DNA from: an uncultured Aestuariivita sp.
GTDB taxonomy: Bacteria; Pseudomonadota; Alphaproteobacteria; Rhodobacterales; Rhodobacteraceae
Length of the DNA stretch: 64,000 nt
Direction of reading: 5' to 3'
Assembly: GCA_964402685.1 (NCBI GenBank)
Contig: CAYODE010000002.1
Span: 10,014-74,013, forward strand
The translations under genes were made by a program, and so were the position numbers. Below the pieces are notes generated by a model. The model was not told the origin of the DNA. It ran no database searches and worked only from the letters and a program-made list of their open reading frames with translations. Below, in pieces: positions 39,775-49,910 of the stretch (within the stretch, counting starts at the first letter, position 1; every line of letters starts with the position of its first letter).

Positions 39775-41420
39775 CAATCAACCAAACGCGATTGCAAGTC
39801 ATGTGGAACCGGCTGCTCGCTGCCGTTGAAGAGCAGGCCCAGGTGTTGATCCGCACCGCCTTCAGCCCGATCGTGCGGGAATGCGGTGATATCTCTGCTG
39901 GGATTTTTGATTTTGAAGGTCGCATGCTGGCGCAGGCCGTAACCGGCACCCCGGGTCACATCAACACCATGGCCGAAGCGGTCAAAACACTGCGCAACCG
40001 GTTTCAGATCCAAGACATGAAACCGGGCGATATCTACATGACAAATGATCCCTGGATTGCATCCGGTCATTTGAATGATTTCCTGCTGATGATGCCGGTG
40101 TTTTTTGACGGACGGCTGGTTGGCTTCACGTCCTGCACATCGCATCTGGTAGATCTCGGTGGACTGGGTATGGGGCCGGAAGGCTCAGACATATATGATG
40201 AAGGGCTGATGATCCCGCCTTGTAAACTGGTGGCAGAAGGACAACTCAGCGACCTTTTGTTGGAGATCGTCAAAGCCAATTCCCGAGAACCCATCGCAAA
40301 TGAGGGCGACATATACGCCCTCATCGCGTGCTGTGAAGCAGGGGCAGACCGTGTGGTGCAGATGATGACCGATTTCGGCGTCGACAGTCTTGACGACTTG
40401 TCCGATTACATCATCAACACCTCACGTCAGGGGACCATCGACGCCATAGCAAAACTGCCCAAAGGAACATGGCACAGCGTGTTGACGGTAGACGGCTATG
40501 ACGACCAGATTGATCTCGTCGCCGCATTAACGATTGCCGAAGATCACATCCTTCTCGATTTCGATGGCACAGACGGATGCGTGGACAAAGGCATCAACGT
40601 GCCGCTGAACTACGCCACCGCTTATTCGGTCTTTGCTCTGCGTTGCATCGTTGGGCCAGAGATCCCGAATAATGCGGGCTCGCTTGCGCCATTTCGAGTT
40701 GTCGGACCGGAAGGTTGCATCTTGAACGCGCAAGCCCCTGCTCCGGTCGCCATGCGCCACACGCTCGGTCAGATGACACCCGATCTGGTCTATGGATGTT
40801 TGTCGCAAGCGCTCCCTGAGATCGTTCCAGCTGAGGGGGCGTCCTGTATGTATGACCTGCCACTGCGCCATGTGGCCGAAGCGGTGGAGCGAGGGGATGA
40901 ACAATTTGCTCTGGAGCTTGTCTTTAACGGGGGTACAGGCGCGCGCCCGACGCTGGATGGCTTATCGGCTACCGCGTTTCCCAGCGGCGTATGGGGCAGC
41001 CAGGTTGAAACCACCGAGGCCGTTGCACCTGTCCTATTCCATCGACGCGAGCTAAGGCAGGATTCCGGCGGGCCGGGTAAGATGCGAGGTGGTTTGGGTC
41101 AAAGGATCGAACTGACGTCGAGCGCCAAACAAGACTTCTTGGTGTTTCTCTCGGTCGAACGCGTCCTCAACGCGGCCAAAGGGCGGCATGGAGGGCAAAA
41201 CGGTGCCGCGGGTCGCATCAGAATTGGCGAGGACGGCCCTGATCTGCCAAGCAAAGGAGAACTGCGGGTCAAAGCCGGGGAAACGCTGATATTTGAAACA
41301 CCCGGTGGCGGTGGGTTTGGTCCTCCGTCCGAACGCGCGCAGGAAGATCTGGACCACGACCTGCGCGCAGGCTTGGTCAGCACCGAAGCCGCACAGTCCA
41401 TTTATGGAGGCAAATCGTGA
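39771..41420 (+). CDS. Hydantoinase B / 5-oxoprolinase family subunit
   Basis: RTAFSPIVRE, NDPW..SGHLND, HLVDLGG, EGL.IPP, DSGGPG..RGG.G and TPGGGGFG. Confidence 0.95.
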   Translation: MTINQTRLQVMWNRLLAAVEEQAQVLIRTAFSPIVRECGDISAGIFDFEGRMLAQAVTGTPGHINTMAEAVKTLRNRFQIQDMKPGDIYMTNDPWIASGHLNDFLLMMPVFFDGRLVGFTSCTSHLVDLGGLGMGPEGSDIYDEGLMIPPCKLVAEGQLSDLLLEIVKANSREPIANEGDIYALIACCEAGADRVVQMMTDFGVDSLDDLSDYIINTSRQGTIDAIAKLPKGTWHSVLTVDGYDDQIDLVAALTIAEDHILLDFDGTDGCVDKGINVPLNYATAYSVFALRCIVGPEIPNNAGSLAPFRVVGPEGCILNAQAPAPVAMRHTLGQMTPDLVYGCLSQALPEIVPAEGASCMYDLPLRHVAEAVERGDEQFALELVFNGGTGARPTLDGLSATAFPSGVWGSQVETTEAVAPVLFHRRELRQDSGGPGKMRGGLGQRIELTSSAKQDFLVFLSVERVLNAAKGRHGGQNGAAGRIRIGEDGPDLPSKGELRVKAGETLIFETPGGGGFGPPSERAQEDLDHDLRAGLVSTEAAQSIYGGKS

Positions 41421-42499
41421 TCGCTCCGTTGCCTCATATCTCCAAAATGGCCCCTTATGCCCTGTCGCAGATGCACATGCCCAACGGGCTACCGCCTATC
41501 TCGCTTTCACAAAACGAGAGCTTTAGACCACCCACTCCTCTTGCGCTTGAAGCCGCTGCCAGATCCCTGGCCGACACTGCCCTCTACCCCGATCCGGACT
41601 GGATCGACTTGCGCACTGGATTGGCAGAAGTTTACGCGATCCCGGTTGAAACTGTTTTGTGCGGTAGCGGGTCGTTAGACTTGATCGGATGCATCGCGCG
41701 CGCATTTGCAGGCCCGGATCGGGCAGTTCTGGCACCCGCACACGCCTATCCTTTCTTTCGCTCTGCTGCGCAGATGGTTGGGGCGCGCTTTGATACCGCG
41801 CCAGAGATAGACGCCACCGTCAGCGTCGACGCGCTGTTAGAAGCGTTGCGACCCGACACACAGATCGTGTTTGTTGCCAACCCGGGCAATCCGACAGGAA
41901 CACGTATCCCCGGGTCTGAGTTAGTGCGCCTCCGTCAGAGGTTGAGAGACGACACCCTCTTGGTCATCGATGAGGCCTACGGCGAATTTGCCGATCCTTT
42001 GGGTGAACGCTGTTTCGATCTGGTTCAACAAGGGTCAACCATTGTGTTGCGCACCTTTTCAAAGGCCTACGGGATGGCTGGATTTCGCGTTGGATGGGGG
42101 GCTTTCCCGCCTGCAATCGCTGCTGCGGTGCGCAAAGTCATGAACCCCAACAACATCTCGATGCCCGCCCAAGCCGCGGCTCGCGCCGCGCTTCACGATG
42201 CCACCTACATGAAAGAAACCTGCCAGCTGATTGCAAAGACGCGCGATCAGGCCACAGCGCAGCTGACCCGTCACGGGTTTCGAATTGTCCCTAGCTACAC
42301 CAATTTCGTCTTAATCGACTTTGGAACCTCAACATGCGCAGACAGTGCCGATGCGGTCTTGCGATCACGGGGGATCTTCTTGCGTGGCCAGTCCAGCGCA
42401 GGCTTGCCGCAGATGCTACGCATGACAATCGGGCCCGAAGACGCGATGGCGGCCGCCATATCGTGTCTGTTGGAATGGAAGCAGGAGACACAGACATGA
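41417..42499 (+). CDS. HisC-like PLP-dependent aminotransferase (class I/II)
   Basis: LSQNES, YPD, NPGNPTG, IDEAY and RTFSKAYG.AG.RVG. Confidence 0.9.
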   Translation: MIAPLPHISKMAPYALSQMHMPNGLPPISLSQNESFRPPTPLALEAAARSLADTALYPDPDWIDLRTGLAEVYAIPVETVLCGSGSLDLIGCIARAFAGPDRAVLAPAHAYPFFRSAAQMVGARFDTAPEIDATVSVDALLEALRPDTQIVFVANPGNPTGTRIPGSELVRLRQRLRDDTLLVIDEAYGEFADPLGERCFDLVQQGSTIVLRTFSKAYGMAGFRVGWGAFPPAIAAAVRKVMNPNNISMPAQAAARAALHDATYMKETCQLIAKTRDQATAQLTRHGFRIVPSYTNFVLIDFGTSTCADSADAVLRSRGIFLRGQSSAGLPQMLRMTIGPEDAMAAAISCLLEWKQETQT

Positions 42500-43236
42500 C
42501 ACCCTCACGCGGACGCGCGCGCATTGGCATTCTGGTGCCGTTCACAAACACCAATCTGGAACCCGACATGCAGCTTTTGCGCCCTGCTGGTGTTTCGCTC
42601 CACTTTGCGCGGATGGGCGGATATGACGCCGAAGAAATCCCCGATGAAGTTCAGATGCAAAACCTCGGCGCCAGCGGTCTGGATGAACCGCTAAACCTGC
42701 TTATGGGTGCCAAACCTGACGTCGTGCTTTACGGCTGCACGTCCGCCACGTTGACCCACGGGCCGGAGTTCGATCGCCGCTTGACGGATCAGATCAAAGC
42801 GAGCAGTGGCGCTAAGACGGTCACAGCTGCGGGCTCTCTGGTCGCTGCATTGCAGGCGCTCGGGGCGTCTACGATCGGGTTCGCGTCTCCCTATGTTCCA
42901 GCCATCAATGAATTGGCCATCGATTACCTGGCGGGGTGCGGGATCACGACCGTTGAGCGATCAGAAGTCGATGAGACGCTCGACAACGACGGACAGGGGG
43001 CGTTGGACCCGGACGCGGTTTATGAGCTGGGACTAAAGGCCAATCACCCGCAGGCCGACGCGCTTGTTTTGTCCTGCACCGACATGCGCAGTGTTGAAAT
43101 GATCGCGCGGTTGGAGGCCGATGTGGGCAAACCGGTGGTTACGTCGAACCAAGCCATGGTGTTTAGCGCATTGCACGCTTTGCAACTTCACGATCCGATA
43201 ACCGGTTACGGCCAGTTATTGGACTGTTCAAAATGA
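42496..43236 (+). CDS. Maleate cis-trans isomerase / Asp-Glu racemase family (EutA-like)
   Basis: RIGILVPFTN, YGCTS, SPY, LSCTD and PVVTSNQA; two catalytic-type Cys. Confidence 0.88.
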   Translation: MTPSRGRARIGILVPFTNTNLEPDMQLLRPAGVSLHFARMGGYDAEEIPDEVQMQNLGASGLDEPLNLLMGAKPDVVLYGCTSATLTHGPEFDRRLTDQIKASSGAKTVTAAGSLVAALQALGASTIGFASPYVPAINELAIDYLAGCGITTVERSEVDETLDNDGQGALDPDAVYELGLKANHPQADALVLSCTDMRSVEMIARLEADVGKPVVTSNQAMVFSALHALQLHDPITGYGQLLDCSK

Positions 43237-43237
43237 C

Positions 43238-43271
43238 AAACGGCGCACCCTGTTTCGGGACGCGCCGCTTT
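43238..43271. terminator. Putative bidirectional terminator between convergent operons
   Basis: AAACGGCGCACCC-TGTTTC-GGGACGCGCCGCTTT imperfect hairpin. Confidence 0.6.
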
Positions 43272-43288
43272 CAGTTTTTGTTGGAAGA

Positions 43289-44731
43289 TCAGTTCCCGTA
43301 AGCGACCGATGGCAACCACGTCGTCAATGCCGGGATCTGGAACACGATGAGCAAACCCACCAACTGCAAGATCACGAAGGGTACGACCCCTTTGTAGATA
43401 TGGCTCAGCGATACACCAGGTGGACAGACGCCCTTGAGGTAGAAGAGCGCAAATCCAACGGGTGGCGTTAGGAAGGATGTCTGTAGCGTCACCGCGACCA
43501 AAATCGCAAACCACACCACGGAAGGATCGCGCACCTGATCAAATCCGGGCACAGCGAGTTCCAAGGCCAGGATGATGGGCAACATCAACGGCATGATAAT
43601 GATCGTGATCTCGATCCAGTCCAGCAGGAAGCCCAGCAAAAACACGATGAACAGGATAAACGCCACGGTCATGTAGGGATCGTCGAAAGCTGACAAGACA
43701 AGGTTCTGAACGATCTCGTCCCCGCCATAGCGACGCAACACAAACGCAAAGAAATTCGCCGCCAGGAAAATCCCGACGATGTAACCAGCCGTGTTCAAAG
43801 TGGATCGGCTGACTTCTTTCAACACGGTCCAGTTCAAACGGCGGTTCGCCAGTGCAAGTAAGGTTGCCCCCATTGCGCCCAGGCCGGAAGCCTCTGTCGG
43901 TGTTGCGAAGCCAGCGAAGATTGAACCAAGAACAAGCAAGATTAGGAACATCGGTGGCAGGACCGCCAGAAGCACTTCTTTGACGTCCTCCCACGTGACC
44001 TCTTCCGGCTTTTCCGGAGCAGGCATCGCGTTTGGATTGATAAACCCATAGATGACGATGAACACGATATAGAGTGCACCCAGGATCAACCCCGGGAACA
44101 ACGCACCCATAAAGAGATCCCCAAGGGAAATGGCCAACTGGTCCGACATGATCACAAGCATGATTGACGGTGGGATCAAGATCCCCAATGTCCCAGCAGA
44201 AGCGATGGTACCTGTTGCGATCGGCTTGGAGTAGTTCTGCTTCATCATGGCGGGCAGTGCCATGACGCCCAGCAAGGTCACGGATGCGCCAATCACACCG
44301 GTGGACGCGGCCAGAATGATGCCGATCAGCAATACCGTCAAAGACAAACCGCCGCGCAGCGAACCGAACAGCTTTTGCATAGAATGCATCATCCGTTGGG
44401 CCACGCCGGACTGATCCAGCATCAGACCCATGAAAATGAACATCGGCAGCGCAACCAGAACCGGGTTCTTCACGATGTTACCGAAAAGCCGTCCGGAAAG
44501 CGCCTGCAAGCGTTGGTAACTTATGCCAGTGCGGTCAAACTCGATAATATCGCGAAAAAAGGACCTGTTCGGGTCCAGAAAGAACTCAGCAATCAGCACG
44601 AAAACCAAGCTGACACCCACAAGGGCCATGGCGACGGGAATGCCGCGGAAGAGCATCCAAATGAAGGTGCCGAACATCGCCATCACGGCGATCTCGTTCA
44701 GCGTCAGGAACTGTCCCAGAAATTCAAACAT
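43289..44731 (-). CDS. TRAP transporter large permease (DctM family)
   Basis: ALPMFIFMG, GTLGILIPPS, ATPTEA and LTPPVG. Confidence 0.95.
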   Translation of the reverse strand: MFEFLGQFLTLNEIAVMAMFGTFIWMLFRGIPVAMALVGVSLVFVLIAEFFLDPNRSFFRDIIEFDRTGISYQRLQALSGRLFGNIVKNPVLVALPMFIFMGLMLDQSGVAQRMMHSMQKLFGSLRGGLSLTVLLIGIILAASTGVIGASVTLLGVMALPAMMKQNYSKPIATGTIASAGTLGILIPPSIMLVIMSDQLAISLGDLFMGALFPGLILGALYIVFIVIYGFINPNAMPAPEKPEEVTWEDVKEVLLAVLPPMFLILLVLGSIFAGFATPTEASGLGAMGATLLALANRRLNWTVLKEVSRSTLNTAGYIVGIFLAANFFAFVLRRYGGDEIVQNLVLSAFDDPYMTVAFILFIVFLLGFLLDWIEITIIIMPLMLPIILALELAVPGFDQVRDPSVVWFAILVAVTLQTSFLTPPVGFALFYLKGVCPPGVSLSHIYKGVVPFVILQLVGLLIVFQIPALTTWLPSVAYGN

Positions 44732-44741
44732 TGGGTAATCC

Positions 44742-45557
44742 TTACGCTTCGCTTCTGCGGGCCATAAGCCGCGCAAGTCCAAGCACCACGAAGGTCGCAA
44801 TAACCGTGATGATGATGGTGTATTTGATCTCGTAGTTGCCGATCTCGACCTCGTCAAAGATCGCATGACGTCCGACTTCGCGGGTCGTCGTGCCCTCGGG
44901 GCTGGTCAGATAAACCGCCCACCATAGCGCATAGAAGATCACCAGATTGATCACATACATGGTGGAGGGAAAGGCCCAGAACAGCTTCTTCCAGAGGATG
45001 GGATCCGTCAGATTGCCCAGCGCGCGCACATAAGCCGACCAGGTCGCCAGGGCGATGGCGAGGAAACTGACGTTCATGAACACTTTGAGGATCCAAAGAT
45101 TGTGCAAACCGTTGGGGCTGTCAGATCCTTCATCGGAGACGACTGACGCGATAGCATATCCAAGCGTCACGTCCCAACAAAGAATGATGAAGGGTAAGAA
45201 CAACCAAACGAGGGCGAAAATATCCGTGCGCAGTTTCTTTTGCGGAGTAAAATTCTCGTACCGGATATCCACCCGCACGTGACTGTTGGTGGTCACAGCA
45301 TAGGCGATCCCGACCAGGACAGCGGCCCCGTAGAGCCACCATTGCAAGTCATCCATCCAGGCCTGGTTGCCCGGTCCAATGTCTGAACGCCCGAGTGTCC
45401 GCAGGACAACTTGCGTGCAGATCACCACCATCAATATCGGAAAGAGCCACGCAAAGAGGTTCGAAATCAGAACGGTGATGCGATCACCTTTGTTGTGGTG
45501 CTCTTTGCCGACCTCACCAGGGTCTGTAATCGCAGCGATGACGTCATCTGACTCCAT
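44742..45557 (-). CDS. TRAP transporter small permease (DctQ family), C-terminally extended
   Basis: LQWWL, HVRVDI and SDSPNGL, with two extra C-terminal hydrophobic segments. SD GGAGGAGG upstream of ATG 45557. Confidence 0.9.
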   Translation of the reverse strand: MESDDVIAAITDPGEVGKEHHNKGDRITVLISNLFAWLFPILMVVICTQVVLRTLGRSDIGPGNQAWMDDLQWWLYGAAVLVGIAYAVTTNSHVRVDIRYENFTPQKKLRTDIFALVWLFLPFIILCWDVTLGYAIASVVSDEGSDSPNGLHNLWILKVFMNVSFLAIALATWSAYVRALGNLTDPILWKKLFWAFPSTMYVINLVIFYALWWAVYLTSPEGTTTREVGRHAIFDEVEIGNYEIKYTIIITVIATFVVLGLARLMARRSEA

Positions 45558-45619
45558 CTGCCGGCCCTCCTCCGATTTATTTCGTCCGTCCTGCCGGGTC
45601 TCCCCATCCGACATTCAGG

Positions 45620-45652
45620 AAAAAGCCGGGGCAGGCGCGATGCTGCCCCGGC
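45620..45652 (-). terminator. Stem-loop plus U tract after the TRAP SBP gene
   Basis: GCCGGGGCAG-N8-CTGCCCCGGC followed by TTTTT on the minus strand. Confidence 0.7.
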
Positions 45653-45691
45653 GGTTTATTCGCTCCCACCAGATTGGTGGGCAGGTCTGCC

Positions 45692-46741
45692 TTAGTTGCG
45701 CGGACGCGGCAGGTAGATGTTGTCGTTCCACACTTTGTAACCGGCACGGAACTCTTGCAGGTCATCCCACACTTCTTTGAAGTATGCGTCTTCTGCAGCC
45801 AGCTCTGCCGCCACTTCATTCCACGCGGTTTCAAAGGCTTCCAACATTTCGGGCGACCACTGTTTGATGGTCACGCCGTTGTTTTCGACGTTGTCCTGCA
45901 TCGCGGCAAAGTTGGTGCCTTCACCTTCGGCATAGTTGTCGGTGATGTTGGCCATGCACGCGACCTCGATCTGGTTCTGCGAGATCTCGTCCAGATCGTC
46001 CCAGCGATCTTTATTGATCAGCAGTTCAAACATCGTCGCAGGCTGGTGCCAGCCGGGGAAGTAGTTGAACTTCGCGATGTTATAGAAACCAAGACGTGCA
46101 TCGATCCGTGGCATCGAGAATTCGGTCGCGTCGATCGCGCCGCGCTCAAGCGCCGGGAAGATGTCACCACCCGCCAGCAGCGATGTGGACACGCCCAGCT
46201 TTTGCATCACTTCAGCGCCCAGACCGAAGAAGCGCATGTTCAGGCCCTCAAGGTCGGACAGCGAGTTGATCTCGTTCTTAAACCAGCCTGACGTTTCCGG
46301 GGCGATAATGCCGCATGGGATGACGTGTACGTTGTAGCCGTTCTCGTCATACATGCGTTGGAACAACGTGCGACCATCGTCGTACATCATCCATGCCAGG
46401 AATTCGCCAGCTTCCGGGCCGAACGGTACAGCCGCGAACAACGAGGCAGACGGGATCTTGCCCTGCCAGTAGCCGGATGTTGTGTAAGCAGCGTCAACGG
46501 ACCCATTCGAGACCGCGTCCAGCGCTTCCAGCGCGGGGACAAGCTCGCCCGGATCGAACTGTTCAAACTCGACAGAGGTCGAGATTGAGTTCACTTTTTC
46601 AGTAAAGGCAACGGCCGCCGTGCCGAGGATCGGCAAGTTCTTCCCGAAGGCCGAGGTCATTTCAAACGATTCCTGCGCGTTTGCCGCGGCAGTCATGGCA
46701 ATGCTAGCAGCAGCAGCCGCTGCAAATGTTCTGAGCTTCAT
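45692..46741 (-). CDS. TRAP transporter substrate-binding protein (DctP/TakP-like)
   Basis: Signal peptide; GELV, YW.GK, VPFG, GWF..EI....DL.GL.MR, ERG.IDATE and PGWHQ. Confidence 0.95.
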   Translation of the reverse strand: MKLRTFAAAAAASIAMTAAANAQESFEMTSAFGKNLPILGTAAVAFTEKVNSISTSVEFEQFDPGELVPALEALDAVSNGSVDAAYTTSGYWQGKIPSASLFAAVPFGPEAGEFLAWMMYDDGRTLFQRMYDENGYNVHVIPCGIIAPETSGWFKNEINSLSDLEGLNMRFFGLGAEVMQKLGVSTSLLAGGDIFPALERGAIDATEFSMPRIDARLGFYNIAKFNYFPGWHQPATMFELLINKDRWDDLDEISQNQIEVACMANITDNYAEGEGTNFAAMQDNVENNGVTIKQWSPEMLEAFETAWNEVAAELAAEDAYFKEVWDDLQEFRAGYKVWNDNIYLPRPRN

Positions 46742-46784
46742 GTGAGTCCTCCCAAGGTTTTTCTAAGGCTCTAAACCACGCTCC

Positions 46785-46886
46785 ATTGGTAAAAGAACCT
46801 TACCAATTCCGTGCATACCCCACGGATCGGTGCGTGTTAATACCCAGTTGTGCGTAGGTTTGAACACCCGAATTCAGCACACACCG
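46785..46886 (-). ncRNA. Candidate structured cis-regulatory 5' leader of the TRAP operon
   Basis: Three abutting hairpins at 46828-46886, 46808-46826 and 46785-46807. G-U pairs work only on the transcribed strand. A TTGCCG -35-like box lies at 46915-46920. Confidence 0.4.
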
Positions 46887-47237
46887 TACGGATAGTTAGC
46901 ACGGCACGGTCGACCGGCAATTACCCAAATGTGCTGGAAGACACTAAAACCATTGGTGTTTTTTGTTTCGGTGCGACGAAACGCAAGGAATTCGGCCGAA
47001 CATGCCAACACGATAACGTCTGAGCTGAAGTGGCACGTCGCAGATCTTGGGCTAAAATCGATTCGCGGGTGTTGCGTCGTAAATCCGCGGTTAAACCATG
47101 ACGAGTGGCAAATTCATAACAGAATCAGCGAGCGGACAGACGGTTGTGTGACGCTGGTAAATTTCGAACAGTTTGCAAAAGTATTTCGAAATTATACGAT
47201 CAGCTAGTCCTGTCGTGCCACTCATAGGCAAAGCCGT

Positions 47238-48212
47238 ATGCCACCCACATCCCAGCGAAAAGACCTCACCCTGAAAGCCCTGGAACTCTTCGAGATCTGC
47301 GCTCGGAAAGGGTCTCTGCAAGCCGCCTCCTTAGAAACAGGTCTGTCGATCAGTACGGTTTCGCATCACTTGCGCGGCCTAGAGGAGCATCTGGGCATTG
47401 CATTGTTTGATCACACTCGACGCCCCATGGTTCTTACGTCGAAAGGCGAAGCATTTTTGCGGAATATCAGCGAAGCGTTGCACACGATACGCAAGGCCAA
47501 AGCAGAAGCGTCGGCGGGACATTTAACCGATGCCAGCTATCTCAGGATTGGAAGTATTGAAGATCTGGACAGTGACATCACACCAGATCTGGCAGTGTAT
47601 CTGTCGAAAGTGATGCCGCAGTGCAATTTCCTGTATCAAACCGGCACCAGCCACGAGATCATCGAAAAACTACGCAACCGACAATTGGATGTGGGTGTTA
47701 CCTCCAGCCCGTCTGACTTGAGCGGCGAGTTACGCGACCGGGCATTGTTTCGGGATCCTTTTGTTGTGGTTCTGCCGATTGGGGTCGATGCACCTTTGAA
47801 AGATGTGGTTTCCGGTAAAACCGATCTACGATTTCTTCAGTTTTCAAGCGATCTTATGGTCGGAAGACAAATTGATGCGCAGCTCCGGCGTCTTGGTGTT
47901 CCGGTGCCACAGACTTTTGAATGCGGCAATACCCAGACTCTCATGGCGATGGTGGCGTCTGGCGCAGGGTGGGCAATCACCACACCACTCATGTTTTCGC
48001 GGGCACGCAGGTTCCAATCCAAGCTGCGTATGCACCCCTTTCCAGGCAAAGGGTTTTCCCGAACCCTCTCTATGGTAGTCACTCCCGACTGTTCCGACAC
48101 CGTTCTTGGTCTATTAGAAAGAAAGCTGCGCGACCTCACGGCGAAGCACGTTATCGACCCTCTGCATATGTCGATGCCCTGGCTCCGTGACAGTTTCACC
48201 CTGATCGACTAA
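47238..48212 (+). CDS. LysR family transcriptional regulator
   Basis: LTLKALELF...GSL..AS..TGLS.STVSHHL..LE..LG..LFD...RP..LT..G. Confidence 0.94.
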   Translation: MPPTSQRKDLTLKALELFEICARKGSLQAASLETGLSISTVSHHLRGLEEHLGIALFDHTRRPMVLTSKGEAFLRNISEALHTIRKAKAEASAGHLTDASYLRIGSIEDLDSDITPDLAVYLSKVMPQCNFLYQTGTSHEIIEKLRNRQLDVGVTSSPSDLSGELRDRALFRDPFVVVLPIGVDAPLKDVVSGKTDLRFLQFSSDLMVGRQIDAQLRRLGVPVPQTFECGNTQTLMAMVASGAGWAITTPLMFSRARRFQSKLRMHPFPGKGFSRTLSMVVTPDCSDTVLGLLERKLRDLTAKHVIDPLHMSMPWLRDSFTLID

Positions 48213-48218
48213 CGGTCG

Positions 48219-49730
48219 TCAAAGGATGTTGAAACGGTCACGAATGGCTCGGTCCTGCGCCACGCTCAGATATTGCGGATAATGAGAGCTTAGGATCTCA
48301 GTCGCTTTGCGCCGTGCAATGTCCCACGCATCCGGCGCGCCCTTATCCGCCCATGTTCGTGGTTCGTCACGGTCAGCAAGAGCCGGATAAAAGTAATCCC
48401 GCTCCATGGCCGCGTAGGTGTGCGCGCCGCCCAGGAAGTGCCCCTCCCCCAAAACGGCATCGACAATCGCATCGTAGCCAAGATTGTCCGCATTTACCTC
48501 AACACCCCGTAATGCGCGATAGGTGTGGGAGTGCATTTCATCGTCCAGAACAAAAGCTTCAAAACTTGCGCCAAGAAGCGACGCGGTCATACCGGAACTC
48601 TCATAAATCAGGTTTCCACCGGCCAAGGCCGCGGCCAATGACGTCAGTCCTTTTTCAATGCCGTATTGCGCGTCAATGGCCTTTGCATCTGTCATTGAAC
48701 ATGCCACGCCAGATGGAAGACCCAGCCAATTCGACAACTGCGCTGAGGCAGCGTTCAAAACAGCCGTTTCGCCGCTTCCACCCGAAAACGCGCCTGTACG
48801 CAAATCGATGACCAGCGGCCAGTTTGAAAAGACCATCGGAAAACCCGGACGGATCGCATGAACCATTAATAGACTTGCCAAAGTTTCGGCCAGCGACTGG
48901 GCCAGAAACCCGGCCAAAGTCGCCGGCGCGGTCGCTCCGGCTTGAGCGGCCGTTATGCAAGACATGGGAATGTTGTGCCTGATGCATTCATATACAACGT
49001 CAACCGCGTCCTCACCAAAGCGCATCGGCGAAATGATCGGGCTGATATGCGCCTTCACAAACGGGCGCTTTGAAAACTCACCTTCTCCACCCGCGACGAT
49101 ATCCAGAAGTTCGACAATCGGGGCGACATGTTCGGCCAGCGTAAAGGACGTTGCTGTTGGTTTGGTTGTGTTTTTGACCAATGCGTAAACCGTGTTCACA
49201 TCCAGATCGAAGTTGTCTGGAACGTCCGTCGCGACGCAACACCGGGTGAACCAACTGACGTTCTGCAAGACGTCCTGAAGGCGTGTGAAATCGTGAAGAT
49301 CAGCCAGGGTCGATGGCCTATAGATACCGCTTTCGATATCCAGCGTTTGCACCGCCGCGCCGCCGGTGCCGAAATGAACTGCGTTTCCGCCGACTTCAAT
49401 CGACCTGCTTTCGTCGCGGCCATGTAGCACAAAGGTCGTTGCCGCCTTGGAAATAGCGTCTTCGACTATCGCAGGCGCAAACACGACCCGACCGTTTCCT
49501 GCGTCTCGTGCGCCCATGGCGAGCAAATCGGCGCGCAGCCGATCAGGGACCTCGCCCAGGCCCAGATTGGCAAGCAGGTCGAGAGCAGTCTGATAGATCT
49601 GTTTCAGATCGCTCTCAGATAAGGGTTTGTAAGCGCCACCGATCTGGCCGGGCGGACAAGGGTCACGCGCCGGTTTCTCGGCACGCTGTGCCAACCGCTT
49701 TTTGCGTCCCGCGCGTTTCATCCCTGCCAC
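48219..49730 (-). CDS. Trimethylamine methyltransferase (MttB) family protein, non-pyrrolysine
   Basis: FGTGG, SPM, GATAP.T.AG, DLRTG.FSGG.GE, DAK..DAQ.G.EK, GHFLG and DR....W; no in-frame amber codon. Confidence 0.92.
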   Translation of the reverse strand: MAGMKRAGRKKRLAQRAEKPARDPCPPGQIGGAYKPLSESDLKQIYQTALDLLANLGLGEVPDRLRADLLAMGARDAGNGRVVFAPAIVEDAISKAATTFVLHGRDESRSIEVGGNAVHFGTGGAAVQTLDIESGIYRPSTLADLHDFTRLQDVLQNVSWFTRCCVATDVPDNFDLDVNTVYALVKNTTKPTATSFTLAEHVAPIVELLDIVAGGEGEFSKRPFVKAHISPIISPMRFGEDAVDVVYECIRHNIPMSCITAAQAGATAPATLAGFLAQSLAETLASLLMVHAIRPGFPMVFSNWPLVIDLRTGAFSGGSGETAVLNAASAQLSNWLGLPSGVACSMTDAKAIDAQYGIEKGLTSLAAALAGGNLIYESSGMTASLLGASFEAFVLDDEMHSHTYRALRGVEVNADNLGYDAIVDAVLGEGHFLGGAHTYAAMERDYFYPALADRDEPRTWADKGAPDAWDIARRKATEILSSHYPQYLSVAQDRAIRDRFNIL

Positions 49731-49790
49731 CCTATCGCGATATCCTTTTGCCGACGATCAATGAGTGTTCACACGCAGCATGCAATCCTG

Positions 49791-49838
49791 TTTCAAATAT
49801 TTCGAAACTATTAAATTAATACTTCCTTTTTCTCGAAA
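49791..49838. promoter_or_regulatory. Candidate LysR binding boxes in the divergent mttB/gcvT-family promoter
   Basis: TTTCAAATATTTCGAAA (49791-49807) and a weaker copy TTCCTTTTTCTCGAAA (49823-49838). The 10-mer TATTTCGAAA also occurs upstream of lysR at 47182-47191. Confidence 0.55.
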
Positions 49839-49910
49839 TTAGCAGTGCTCACATTGCCCGTGCTCGGAATTGATGGCCAAAGGGTCGCAACACGGGTTCG
49901 GAGGTAGGCC

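Noticed and set aside
48219-49730. Possible pyrrolysine-containing MttB
   Set aside because: The ORF is continuous with no in-frame TAG, and no pyl genes are present.
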